From Octopus sinensis (taxonomy: Eukaryota), in assembly GCF_006345805.1 (NCBI RefSeq), contig NW_021831708.1, forward strand, positions 1-34,256: a DNA stretch of 34,256 nt, read 5' to 3'. Both the position numbers and the translations under genes were made by a program. Below, piece after piece: positions 21,443-33,467 of the stretch (within the stretch, counting starts at the first letter, position 1; each line of letters starts with the position of its first letter). The notes under the pieces are model-generated. The model was not told the DNA's origin and searched no databases. It worked only from the letters and a program-made list of their open reading frames with translations.

Positions 21443-21894
21443 TAGACACAATCTTATTCTCTTGTGACAACAATTGCCCAATCACTGTGAAAAGAGTTGT
21501 TTGTTGGTTGCCACCAAGGAAGTAATAGCTGTGGTATGAAATTTTAATAGTATAGCTAGAGTGAAGTAACAAGTAGGTGTCACGGTACACGTGATGTGTT
21601 TGGTCGAGGTCTGTCCCATGCAACTGTTATGACTCGGTGATTATGTAGGACTTCATTGATATAGTTTCTTATTACACTATTTCTGGTCCGCACTAAGATC
21701 TGAACTCAGAATTACTAGTTAACGAAAGAGACTTCAATTTATCATTGACGTTGTCGGAACACTTGAAGAACCGTTACCCCAATCTTTATAGCAGAGTGAC
21801 GAATATTCTGATGAGATATGACAGAGCGCTAATTTTTTTGGGGGAGAATCATAGCGATGCCAAAACACTGATAATTAACGCAAAATATATTCGA

Positions 21895-22242
21895 TGTGAA
21901 TTTCATCGACCCCGAAGGAATGTAAGACAAAGTTGACTTCGGCGTTATTTGAACTATGAATGTAAAGAACTGAAAGAAATGGCGCTAATGATTCTGCCAG
22001 GTTGCCGCCTCAATAATGATTTCGTTTCAAATTTTGGCACAATGTCAGTAACGTCGAGTGAGGGTGTAAGTCTATTACGTCGACCCCAGTGCCCAACTAG
22101 TACTTTTTTTTTTATCAATCCTGAAAGGATGAAAGGCAAAGTCGAACTCAGCAGAACTTGAATTCAGAACGCAAAGACGGACGAAATGCCGTTAAGCATT
22201 TATGGTCCGTCGCGTAACTTTTTGCCGGTTCGCCGCCTTTGA

Positions 22243-22275
<33 letters not shown>

Positions 22276-22782
22276 CCTTTTTACTAGAGGCACAAGGCTT
22301 GAAATTTGGAGGGAGGGGACTAATTGTTTACATCGATCTCAGTGTTTCACTGGTACTTAGATACTTAATCTACCGACCCTGGAAAGATGAAAGGCAAAGT
22401 CGATCTCGGTGGAATTTGAATTTAGAACGTAAGGACGGACGAAATGCCGCTAAGCATTTTGCTCGGCATGCTAACGATTCTGCCAGCTCGCTGCCTTAAC
22501 AACAACAGCAATAATAATAATAATAATAATAATAATGATAAGAAGAAGAAGAAGAAGAATCCTTTCTACGATAGGCGCAAAGCTTGAAATTTGTGGGGAG
22601 GGGCTAAGTCGATTACATCGATCCCTGTACTTGATTGGTGCTTATTTCTCTTTTTATCGACCTCGAACGGATGAAAGGCAAAGTCGACCTCAGCTGAATT
22701 TGAACTCAGATCTTAACGCTGGAAGAAATAATGGCTAAATAGTTTGTCCTACGAGATAGCGATTCTGCTTGCTTGCTGCCGC
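21895..22782 (-). mobile_element. Train of four old SINE-A copies, some separated by (AAT)n
   Basis: GAAAGGCAAAGTCGA/GAACTCAG cores near 21920, 22135, 22395 and 22680. Confidence 0.8.
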
Positions 22783-22811
22783 AATGATGATGATGATGAT
22801 GATGATAATGC

Positions 22812-22843
<32 letters not shown>

Positions 22844-23669
22844 ATGAAGATGATGATGATGATGATGACAACAATCATATAATAATAAATAATGCAACAA
22901 TTGTTGCGATGCCGCTGACAACGACTTTCCACTACAACTACTACCATCAGCACTACCGCCACTAACACTGCCACAACCACCACCACCACCACCACCACCG
23001 CCATAACCACTGCCTCAACTACCATTCTTTTCAATAAATATTCTTTATGCCATTACCTAAAAAACTACGACAACCACGAAGACCCTGTGAATGTCCCAGC
23101 ATCGCTGCGGCTGGCCTCTTACCTTGGTAATAAACACAGCTATTATTTCTCACGACTATCACGACCACCACGACTACCACGACCACGACAGCAAAACAAC
23201 ATTTATTTTCTTATCCTTAAGGAGTAACATAAGTGGAGCAAGTAGCAACACTAACAAGCCCGAAGATTATCGCCGTTGCTATGATCAGTCGATATAATAG
23301 TTGCAGCAGTAGTGCAATGGAAAAGTAACAGCTGAGCCGTTGTGCCGTGTTGTTGATGTTGCTGTTGTTGTTGTTATTACTTTTGGTGGTGTGAGACTAT
23401 GAAGATAATAGAAATATTGGTTATAGCATTACTAAAAACAAACGTGGTGGTGGTGGCGGTGGTTGCTATCTATCGTGGCAGTGCTAGTGGCCGGTAGCTG
23501 TGGTCCTACTCACAGAACAAGAATTGCTGTGAGCTAATAATGTTACTTTTTGTTTTGAAAGTGAAACTGAAAGTTGCCGGAGCGATACACGCCTTCCTGT
23601 ATATTTTGAATGTAGTAGCAGCCCATTGCAATAACCGAAAAAGTGGTTGTAGCAACATGAACATCATCA

Positions 23670-23709
<40 letters not shown>

Positions 23710-23920
23710 GGTGGTTCTTTTTGCTACGGTTAGGAAAGTAAAAGCTGGAAGTTACGTTTCTTCTCAGTTTTATTTTAAGGAAATAATCGCGTGTAATATT
23801 TGTGATATTATCAGCAGCGAAGCGGCAGTTGTAGTAGAAGCAGAAAAGCAGAAGTATTCGTAATAGTGGTGTTAATAGTATCGTAGGTAGGTAGGAAGGT
23901 GGTGATGGTGGTAGTTCGGC
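22783..23920. repeat. Trinucleotide low-complexity field (GAT, GCT, CAC, GTT, GTA, GGT)
   Basis: Direct reading. Confidence 0.85.
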
Positions 23921-24227
23921 TGTTTGTTTCTGAAGTTGAATTATCTAATAACGTCGGACCCCAACCACCTTGTTGTAATGGCGGTGAAACGATAGAAAGG
24001 CACTCCAAATAACATTCTAGGTTTAGATGTGTTCCTCAATATTCAGAGTTCTTATCCTGTCTTAGTCAACTTCGGTTTCTTTTCATCGCTTTTGGATCGA
24101 CACCACAAAAGCTAAAGTTTTCTGTTCAATCAACAATGCTCCTCCTTCCAGCAAATTTAAGGCATTGAACGAATGGAGCAAATTATTAAAATTGCTCCAA
24201 GTCATATGGGTTTGAATCAAATTATAT

Positions 24228-24673
24228 CGATTTCAAATTTTGGCACAAGGCCAGCAATTTCAGGGGAAGAGCTAAGTCGATTACATCGATCTCAGTAGCC
24301 TGTTGGAACTTATTTTATCGATCCCGAAAGGGTGAAAGGCGAAGTCGATTTCGGCGGAATTTGAACTCAGAACGTGAAGACGGACGAAATACTGCTAAGC
24401 ATTTCGCCCAGCCTGCTAATGATCCTGCCAGTTCGCAGCCTTTAGCTGGCTCCAAATTTTGGCACAAGGCCAGCAATTTTGAGGAAGGACGTACGTCGAC
24501 CACATCGACACCCACCGCTCAATTGGTACTCAGTCGGTACTTATTTTATCGACCCCGAAAGGATGAAAGGCAAAGTGGACCTCGACTGAATTTGAACTCA
24601 GAACGTGAAGACGGACGAAGTGTCGCTAAGCATTTTGTCCGGCGCGGTAACGTTTCCGCTAGCTCGCCACCTT
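24228..24673 (-). mobile_element. Two tandem old SINE-A copies
   Basis: CAAATTTTGGCACAAGGCCAGCAATTT begins both copies (near 24234 and 24453). Confidence 0.88.
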
Positions 24674-24729
24674 AAATCAGATTTTATTAAGTTCAGTTCA
24701 TACACGCATCAATTTTCCTTTTTCATATC

Positions 24730-24983
24730 CTAGAAATATATTGGGCTCTCACTTTGAAAACCTCTAGAAATATATATTTCTAGAAATATATTGGGTTCTC
24801 ACTATGAAGAAAAACTCTAGAAAAATATTGGGTTCTCACAGTGAAAAAAAAAATCTAGAAATATATTGGGTTTTCACTATGAAAAACTCTAGAAATATAT
24901 ATTTCTAGAAAAATATTGGGTTCTCACTATGAAAAAAAAAAAAAGCTTTAGAAATATATTGAGTTCTCACTATGAAGAAAAAA
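24730..24983. repeat. ~35-bp minisatellite (6 units) with two embedded 22-bp palindromes
   Basis: Unit CTAGAAAWATATTGGGTTCTCACTATG(A)n; TCTAGAAATATATATTTCTAGA at 24763-24784 and 24888-24909. Confidence 0.9.
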
Positions 24984-25350
24984 TACTTCAGATATAGCTC
25001 TAGCTGTTATTTAGCTCCAGGCCATCTCTGTTTGAGCATACCTACGAAGTTGTTTTTGTTTTTGTTTCTTAGAAGAATGTCCGTGCCTGCCTTGTCTATT
25101 GTGTAGTTTCCTTTCCTAAGACATTAGGTGTGATCATAGGGACATTTATTTGCTACTTTTAGGAGATCTACTGACCACCAAGCGGAGGCTTTGGTGTTCA
25201 TAATACTATTACTACATTCTCAGCAGATTAGCAGAATCGTCAGCCTGTCGAAAGAAATGCCTTGCAATATTTGTTTCATCTCTTCACATTCTGAGTTCAA
25301 ATACCACCGAAGTCGACCCGACCTTTCTTCCTTTCAGGTCGATAAAACAA

Positions 25351-25530
25351 AATACCTATTTCTTTACTACCCACAAGGGGCTAAATACAGAGGAGACAAA
25401 CAAGGACAGACAGACAGATTAAGTCGATTATATCGACCCCAGTGCGTAACTGGTATTTAATTTATCGACCCCGAAAGGATGAAAGGCAAAGTCGACCTCG
25501 GCGGAATTTGAACTCAGAACGTAACGGCAG
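25351..25530 (-). mobile_element. Head-less SINE-A unit inserted in an older plus-strand SINE-A (~25215-25600)
   Basis: Begins with junction remnant AATACC|TATTTC; the old copy resumes at AGTACCAA near 25529. Confidence 0.8.
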
Positions 25531-26089
25531 TACCAACGTAAATGGTATCAGCTCAACAATTCCCATCAAAATTGCTGGCTTCGTGTCTAAATTAAAATCT
25601 ATTATTGTTGTTTTTAGATCCATGTCATCCTCGGTTCAGTAAAGTTAATGATCAAATGCAATCCGGCCATGATCATCCTATCTCTTCATACATATTTCCA
25701 TTCTCAAATGTCTGCTTCTTTAAGAGGGTATCGTATAATTTGAGGAAGATTTGGCTGCTATTTTTAGCCTGTCGAACAACCAAGCGAGTTTTGTGTGTGG
25801 TCGACAGTCAATAGAGCTACTTTGTTATAGTAGTACATTCAATACTTGCGCTCAGTTAGAATAGTTACTACTGCTAGTCTTGCCTGTTCTTTGCTATCGT
25901 TGACAGTCATCGCCGTTGTTTACGTTGTTCTTATTGTTATTGTTTTAGCTTCCGCTCTTTTCGCTGTTTTTAAAGGAGAATAAGCGGGTTATGGTAGTTT
26001 GAATGAAGGGCTGATATGTTTGCCGTTTGCCGAGAAAGAAATTTCGAAGTTATTGGATAGCGCGACTACGTTGAGAGACGGCACTGTTG

Positions 26090-26172
<83 letters not shown>

Positions 26173-26281
26173 GTCTGTCTGTCTATCTGTCTGTCTGTCT
26201 GTCTGTCTGTCTGTGTGTCTGTCTGTGTCTGTCTGTCTGTCTGTCTTTCTGCCTGTCTGTCTATCTACACACACACACACA

Positions 26282-26330
<49 letters not shown>
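26090..26330. repeat. (TCTA)n(TCTG)n(CA)n(TC)n microsatellite
   Basis: Direct reading. Confidence 0.97.
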
Positions 26331-26331
<1 letters not shown>

Positions 26332-26492
26332 GGCGCAGGCGTGACTGTGTTACGAAGCTTGCTTCCTAACCACATGGATCCGGGTTCGGTCCCACTGCGT
26401 GGCACCTTGAACAAGTGTCTTCTACTATAGCCTTGGACCAACCAAAGCCTTGTGAGTGGATTTGGACGATGGAAAACTGAAAGTAGCCCGTT
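26332..26492 (+). mobile_element. SINE-B 5' half, ending at its internal microsatellite
   Basis: GGCGCAGGCGTGACTGTG...GGAAAACTGAAAGTAGCCCG. Confidence 0.88.
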
Positions 26493-26496
26493 ATAA

Positions 26497-26528
<32 letters not shown>

Positions 26529-26610
26529 CACACACACAACACACACACAACACACACACACACACCACACACACACACACATATATATATGTGTATATCA
26601 TGTATGTATG

Positions 26611-26689
26611 TATGAAAGAAGGTTTGCAAATGCAAAGGTCTTTTTGAGATGTTTATTAAGACCTTTGCATTTCCAAACCTTCTTTCATA
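26611..26689. repeat. 79-bp near-perfect hairpin (32-bp arms, 1 mismatch, 15-nt loop)
   Basis: TATGAAAGAAGGTTTGCAAATGCAAAGGTCTT / AAGACCTTTGCATTTCCAAACCTTCTTTCATA. Confidence 0.92.
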
Positions 26690-26726
26690 TATATTTTCAC
26701 TCGTGCGGTACCTTACAACTTTACTT

Positions 26727-26775
<49 letters not shown>

Positions 26776-27129
26776 AGTATAGTGGCATTAGAAAGTTCAA
26801 TGTTTTCAATGGCACGTTATTTCATCCTGGGGCAGAATTCAACGAGCAATCACAAAGACCTATTGAATTGTTTGAAGACCTACAATAAAGTTGTTATTGT
26901 ACACATGTAATGAGTGCTATTTATCTTGAGATAGTCCCACTTAATACACTTGAATTACATTCATGTGTGTGTAGATATACAATAGAAGCAAGGCCCACTC
27001 AACGCGTTCCATATAGATTATATACAATTTGCATTAATTGTTTAATTTGATGTGGAATTTACATTACAAGAGGTTTCGCAGAAATGAGGAAAACGGTCTT
27101 GATCATTCGGATGTCTGTTTCTGAAACTT

Positions 27130-27216
27130 TCACTCACTCACTCATTCACTCACTCACTCACTCACCCACCCACTCACTCACTCACTCACTCAATCACTCA
27201 CTCATTGACTCACTCA
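27130..27216. repeat. (TCAC)n microsatellite
   Basis: Direct reading. Confidence 0.95.
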
Positions 27217-27305
27217 TTAACACACACATTCTGTTTTGTAAATCACTCATTCTCATTTAATTGTATATATTTTAATTGTTTGTTTATTCATACATTTCGT
27301 CTAGT

Positions 27306-27694
27306 GGAGGCGAAATGGCCCAGTGGTTAGGGCAGCGGGCTCGCGGTCGTAGGATCGCGGTTTCGATACCCAGACCGGGCATTGTGAGTGTTTATTGAAC
27401 GAAAACACCTAAAGCTCCACGAGGCTCCTGCAGGGGGTGGTGGTGAGCCCTGCCGTACTCTTTCACCACAACTTTCTCTCACTCTTTCTTCCTGTTTCTG
27501 TTGTACCTGTATTTCAAAGGTCCAGCCTTGTCACACTCTGTGTCACGCTGAATCTCCTCGAGAACTACGTTAAGGGTACACGTGTCTGTGGAGTGCTCAG
27601 CCACTTGCACGTTAATTCCACGAGCAAGCTGTTCCGTTGATCGTATCAGCTGGGACCCTCATCGTCGTAACCGACGGAGTGCTCCTACTACTAC
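27306..27694 (+). mobile_element. SINE-C full length, tail type 3, (CTA)n end
   Basis: TSD TACATTTCGTCT at 27291-27302 and 27695-27706. Confidence 0.9.
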
Positions 27695-27963
27695 TACATT
27701 TCGTCTCATTCGATACCCTGACCCCAATGTTTGTTTTGTCTTTCCTCGTATCGTCCCCTCTTTTTCTCAACCTTATGGTGAATGAAGAAATTCTCTCTCT
27801 GTCTCTGTCTCTGTCTGTCTATGTCTCTCTCTCTCTTTTCTCTCTATTGAACTGTTTCATAAAACAAAATGTGTTTCTCATAAAAAATATTTCTTAAGAA
27901 ATAGATTAGAAAATAATTAGCTCGCAGGTCATATCAAAAGTACGGTAAATATCAGAAATGATA

Positions 27964-28359
27964 TCTTTATATATAAAAGTAAGGTTGTGTGTCTATCTCC
28001 TACGATTTAGATTCCTAACTACTCCCACATTTTGCGGTGCAGTTTAACCAAAACCGGGTATCTTATAGTTGTGATTCATATCGAGCCCTTCTGGGTATTA
28101 GCGCGCGTCTATGATGAGTCTACGATTAAAAAAAAATTTACCATAATTTTTTTCCATTTTAATGCATATTTTCGCTATTATATAAAGGAAGTAACTCTCT
28201 AAAAATGTCTACGATGAGTCAACGATTTAAAAAAAAATTACCATCATTTTTTTTTCCATTTTAAATGCATTTTTTTGCGTTTTTTGGCTATAACTCTCTA
28301 AAAAATGCTTATATAGTTATTCCCTTACAAACCCGAGCAACGCCGGGCGATACTGCTAG
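27964..28359 (+). mobile_element. Non-autonomous Helitron 2
   Basis: A|TCTTTATATATAAAAG 5' end; 3' CTTACAAACCCGAGCAACGCCGGGCGATACTGCTAG|T identical to Helitron 1; internal ~100-bp tandem duplication (~28107-28307). Confidence 0.9.
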
Positions 28360-28913
28360 TTGTATGATAGAAGAAGACGGACACCACCCTCTGGTCTGTA
28401 GACTGTCATCATGATCAGCATCTGCTATAGCGGCGAAAAAACTTATCCAAAACTGTTTTGATGTTTATGGTGCACCGCTCTCTTCGACAGTTTAGTTGGA
28501 ACTGGACAAATTATGAATAACTTTCATATTGCGTTCACCATTGGGATATAGAAACGCTTGCAAACCTTCCTCTATTTGTGTCAGACTTCTAGTCATATTC
28601 TTTGCAGTAAAATGGTGGTCGGAGTTTCTATATCCTCTTCTTACCATGTAGCTTGTTTTTATTCTAACATCATCCACTCCTCATTAGACAAACTTAATTC
28701 AGATTAGCCTAACAGCTCAACTACATCTTCTACGACTTCTTAAAACCTGCAGCCTTTACCAGTGTCGTAGTATCTTGCTGAAGTCAATGTAGACTTTCTG
28801 CTAGTGAATAAACTGGAAAGTAAGGATACAGCCAGGTCACACGTTTTGCCAAGCTCTAGTCGTAGCTAAGTGTTTCACTGCATCACACAACTCGACTATG
28901 TTGTCCACGACAT

Positions 28914-29379
28914 TCTCTTCTTTTATTTGTTTCAGTCATTTGACTGCGGCCATGCTGGAGCACTGCCTTTAGTCGAGCAAATCGACCCCAGGACTTATTT
29001 TTTGTAAGCCCTAGTAAATATTCTATCAGTCTCCCTTGCTGAACCGCTAGGTAACGAGGACGTAAACACACCAGCATCGGTTGTCAAGCGATGTTGGTGG
29101 GACAAACACATACATACATACATACATACATACATACATACATGCATACATATATGCATACATACATACATGCATACATACATGCATACATACATAAATA
29201 CATACATATATATATGTGACAGGCTTCTTTCAGTTTCCGTTTATCAAATCCACTCACAAGGCTTTGATCAGCCCGAGGCTATAGTAGAAGACACTTGCCT
29301 AAGATGCCACGCAGTGGGATTGAACCCGAAATTATGTGTTTAGTAAGCAAGCTACTTACTACACAGCCACTCCTCCGCC
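28914..29379 (-). mobile_element. SINE-B full length with expanded (CATA)n, nested in the Tigger fossil
   Basis: Consensus match at both ends. Confidence 0.92.
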
Positions 29380-29384
29380 TACAA

Positions 29385-29497
29385 GGGATGAAAGGTAAAG
29401 TTAACTTCAGCGGAATTTGAACTCAGGACGTAAAGACAGACGAAATACCACTAAGCATTTCGCCCGGCGTGCTAATGTTTCTGCCAACTCGCCGCCA
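29385..29497 (-). mobile_element. SINE-A 5' half
   Basis: GGATGAAAGG...TGCCAACTCGCCGCC. Confidence 0.88.
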
Positions 29498-30467
29498 TGG
29501 TGAAACATTTTTTGAAAGTCTCTTATTCCCCTTAATTGCTTTATAACTTGTTTCAAAGTTCTCAGATAATAAATGCACTGAAATTACCTTTTGGATCTTG
29601 ATCCGTTGGTTGAAATAATGAAGTTGCATTCCTGAGGATATAGTTGACTCTTATATTATCGAAAATTCCGTTTATGAGAGGTGAGTGGTTTGGTGAATTT
29701 TCTGAAAGGATCAACGGTTTGTTGAAAATATTAACCTCGGCAATGAACCTCTACTCACCAAAGCAAAATATTTGTAAACTAGTGTTGGAAAGATCTCGTA
29801 GTCATCCCAGTCTTATTACTTGAATTCCAAATCACAGGTAGATAGAATGTATCATATCATAGTGGCTTTTAGGAATGATACACTTGTAGGAGCCTTTAAT
29901 TTTCTCTCACCAACTGTCTTTCTTCCCTTTGAAAATGTCAAACAATTTTTGAACGTTTTAAAGTCTGGTGGCTATATTTTTAAGTCCTAGTAGTTATACC
30001 CTTCCAGAAGCCCAGTTTCGTCAACATCATACACACGTCTTGGTACGCAGCCTCTTCAGTAACAATTTTCAAGAACTCCTCGGGATAATTCGTAGAAACC
30101 TCTCTATCGACACTTCACGCTTCATCGGTCATTTTAATCTTGTGCAAATTTTGGCGGCTCTTAAACTTTTCAAATAATTGGATCATCCCATAAACAATGC
30201 AGTTTTGATTGAAGTAAGTAATAAACCCGGGCCAGTTGAATTAGTGCACACAAGTAAAATGTGGGATGATGAAGAGGAAACGGACAGATGCTGGCAAGGG
30301 TGTTGACATGTACGAAAAGCAAGATTAGTTGAAATGGTGCACGCACAAGCAAAGTGAAGTAGGGGAAGAAGGAATGCATAGGAATGGCAGCCAGATTTCC
30401 CTCCAATTTGACTCTACCGCTTACCAAAAAGACACATTGAATATTGTAGTCTTGGATATTCAGAAGG

Positions 30468-30770
30468 TGAAAGCGCGCGACTTACTGGTTCAGGTAATCG
30501 GCTCGCGATCATAAGGTCGTGAGTTCAGTCCCCGGGGGCTCGTTGTGTCCTCGAGCAAAACACTTAATTTCACTTTGCTTCAGTTCATTCATCTGGCAAA
30601 AATGAGTAATACTTGTGTTTCAAAGAGTCAGTTTTGATACATTCTGTTTCATTCTGAATATCCCTGAGAACTATGTTAAGGGCACGCGTTTCAATTCAAT
30701 TTCGCGAGCAGGCTATTCCGTTGAGCGGATCACCTGGAACGCTCGTTGCTGTAAACGAGGGATTGGCATC
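30468..30770 (+). mobile_element. Old SINE with C-related head and type-3 tail
   Basis: TGTGTCCTCGAGCAAAACAC core; GAGAACTATGTTAAGGG...CTATTCCGTTGA shared with the 27306 copy. Confidence 0.75.
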
Positions 30771-31199
30771 CTGGATGTCAAAAGACAGGAATGGTCACAA
30801 CTGGAACGGCTTTAAGAATAGGCCTGCTTCACACAGAGTCTGACTTAGGACTAATCGATCACAAACAACAATCCAATGTGAAGCTGTGAGGCTCATCCAT
30901 CGATGCTTCCTTGTTTCTATGTTTCCGTGGTGTTTCCGTATTTATTTCAGCCGTTCCTTTCGAATGAATAAAAGCACGTCCATATCTGGCATCATCTTCA
31001 GCTGAAAAACATTGCGATGTCAGGCCTGTTGTTATTATGAGCTAAATGATTGAGAAGCTAGAATGCTGTTGAGAGTTGGAGGTGAACGTAATGGCGCTAA
31101 TTAGAATAAATGCTTTCTCTCCTGTTCTACTTTAAAAAACAACAACAAATATATATATATATAAAGAATATACTTGACTCCATTTTAACTTCATTGCTA

Positions 31200-31680
31200 T
31201 TATTATCGCAATTACTGTTACCTCCCTTCACCATGCCTGTCATTATTAGACACATCACCACCACCACCAACAACACCATCACCAACACCATCAGCACTAA
31301 CACAACCGCCACCAGTTCTAATATCAACATTTCCACCATTATCGTGATCACCGGCATCACCATTGGCAATACTAACTACTATTAATCACAAGCACCACCA
31401 GCGTTACCACCACCAGTTGCAACCACTACTAACTACCACCACCACCACCACCACCACCACCAACGCTACCGTCACTGTTACCACCACTATCAGCGTTACC
31501 ACCACCACCACCACCACCATCATGACTACGACGATGATGACCACTACCAGCAATAATCTACAACCATTACTACCTCCACCACCATCAACAACACCACCGC
31601 CGTTGCAGCTGCAGCCACCACCACCACAACCACCACCACCACCTCCACTACTACCTCTACAACTATCACTACCACCCAAA
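31200..31680. repeat. (ACC/CAC)-rich low-complexity field
   Basis: Direct reading. Confidence 0.9.
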
Positions 31681-31700
31681 ACTCTTCTGTCTGCAATTCA

Positions 31701-31933
31701 TATTTCTTTATTACCCACAAGAGGCTAAACATAGAGGGGACAAACAAGGACAGACAAACGAATTAAGTCGATTACATCTCGACCCCCCAGTGCGTAACTG
31801 GTACTTATTTAATCGACCCTGAAAGGATGAAAAGCAAAGTCGACCTTGGCGGAATTTGAACTCAGAACATAACGGCAGACGAAATACGGCTACGCATTTC
31901 GCCCGGCATGCTAACGGCTCTGCCAGCTCGCCG
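31701..31933 (-). mobile_element. SINE-A full-length monomer, ~20-bp TSD
   Basis: TCTTYTGTYTGCAATTCATA at 31683-31702 and 31934-31953. Confidence 0.93.
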
Positions 31934-32501
31934 TCTTTTGTTTGCAATTCATACCACACCGCGACCATTGAGGGCAACAAGAAGGACCACTGTAATGATA
32001 ATCACAGGTACAAGCACGTCCATATGTACCTCTAAGAACAGTACCATCAACCACCACCCTCGCTACCCCCATAACCTTACCACTTCTATCTCAACCATGG
32101 CCATCACCACCAATATCGATATTTCTCCTACCACTCCCTCCATGACCACCTACTACATTTCATCTGCTACAACTAGCACCAGCAAACGCGAGTCAATAGA
32201 GAAGCCCTCTATATGGTCCACTCGGGTTGCTGCAAAGTATTTCACCGTTGCTGTCACCGCCACTCATCCGCCCCTAACAACAACAACAACAGCAGCAGCA
32301 GCAGCAATAACAAGGGAACTTCTGTTTGATCGCTGAAGCTGCCAGAAATGACAGCCAAATCACCTTCGGATCATTTCCTGCTGTCTTGATAAAGTGAAGT
32401 ACGCATTGGATAATATAAGTTCTAACAAAGGTGAGGCGGGGGGTTGGGATGGGGGGGGGAGAAAGATTTACGTTCTTCACTTTCAGCGTCGATCGGGAAC
32501 T

Positions 32502-33058
32502 AAAGAAGACAAAGAAGAAGAAGAAGAAGAAGAAGAACCAGAAGAAGAAGAAGACAAAGAAGAAGAAGACAAAAAAGAAGAAGACAAAGAAGACAAAGAA
32601 GAAGAAGAAGAAAATGAAGGCAAAGAAGAAGAAGAAGACAAAAAAGAAGAAGACAAAGAAGACAAAGAAGAAGAAGAAGAAGACAAAAAAGAAGAAGAAG
32701 ACAAAGAAGAAGAAGACAAAGAAGACAAAGAAGAAGAAGAAAATGAAGGCAAAGAAGAAGAAGAAGACAAAAAAGAAGAAGACAAAGAAGACAAAGAAGA
32801 AGAAGAAGAAGAAGAAGAAGACAAAAAAGAAGAAGACAAAGAAGACAAAGAAGAAGAAGAAGAAGAAGAAGAAGAAGACAAAAAAGAAGAAGACAAAGAA
32901 GACAAAGAAGAAGAAGAAGAAGAAGACAAAAAAGAAGAAGAAGACAAAGAAGAAGAAGAAGAAGACAAAGAAGAAGAAGAAGAAGAAGAAGAAGAAGAAG
33001 AACAACAACAACAACAACAACAACAGCAACAACAACAACAGCAACAACGACAACAGCA
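32502..33058. repeat. Compound (GAA)n/GACAAA repeat with higher-order period, followed by (CAA/CAG)n
   Basis: Marker AATGAAGGCAAA recurs 129 bp apart (near 32613 and 32742). Confidence 0.95.
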
Positions 33059-33467
33059 CACGAGTGTATATCATCTGATATATTGCCCGTAGATGCAACA
33101 ACAAGTTGAGGCAGAAATCATTTAATTTAACATAATTTCCGAGTCTTCGAAGCAGAAATAGCGACAGGCAGACGAATGGAAAGAGAGAGAGGAAAAGAAA
33201 AAGAAGGAAACAAAGAAAAAAAAGAAGAAAAAAGAAAAAGAAAAGGAAAGAAACAAGGAAAGAAAAGATAAAAAATGCCAACCCAACAATGGCTCACCCC
33301 GCCTTCCAATATAAAAGGAAAGGAAAAAAAAAAGAAAGAGAATTCCCGCCCCCAGAAAGAAAGAAATTAAGCCGATGCGATTAAACAAATGCACTAGCAT
33401 ATATATATATATATATATACATGCATGCATTTACATGATGCACAAGCATACATGTGCGCAGGCTTTC

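Larger units (their letters stand above)
28490..30180 (-). pseudogene. Tigger/pogo-family (Tc1-mariner superfamily) transposase fossil, interrupted by two SINEs
   Basis: Manual minus-strand translation with stops and frameshifts, motifs in the correct order: FEKFKSRQNLHKIKMTDEA, VYDVDETGL (~30010-30030), PDFKTFKNCLT, LPVIWNSSNKTGMT, LILSENSPNH, NATSLFQPTDQ (~29598-29630), IRDFQK; after the SINEs NVVDNI...AWQNV*PGC, EDVVELL, LSNEE, PNGERNMKV. Confidence 0.88.

Noticed and set aside
31110-32336. Mucin-like or proline-rich Thr/Pro ORFs
   Set aside because: Degenerate (ACC)n field with stops, interrupted by a SINE; no splice or domain support.
32274-33281. Long ORFs (335, 232, 215 and 192 aa; poly-F/E/K/S)
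   Set aside because: Stop-free by-products of a GAA-based repeat, open in several frames on both strands.
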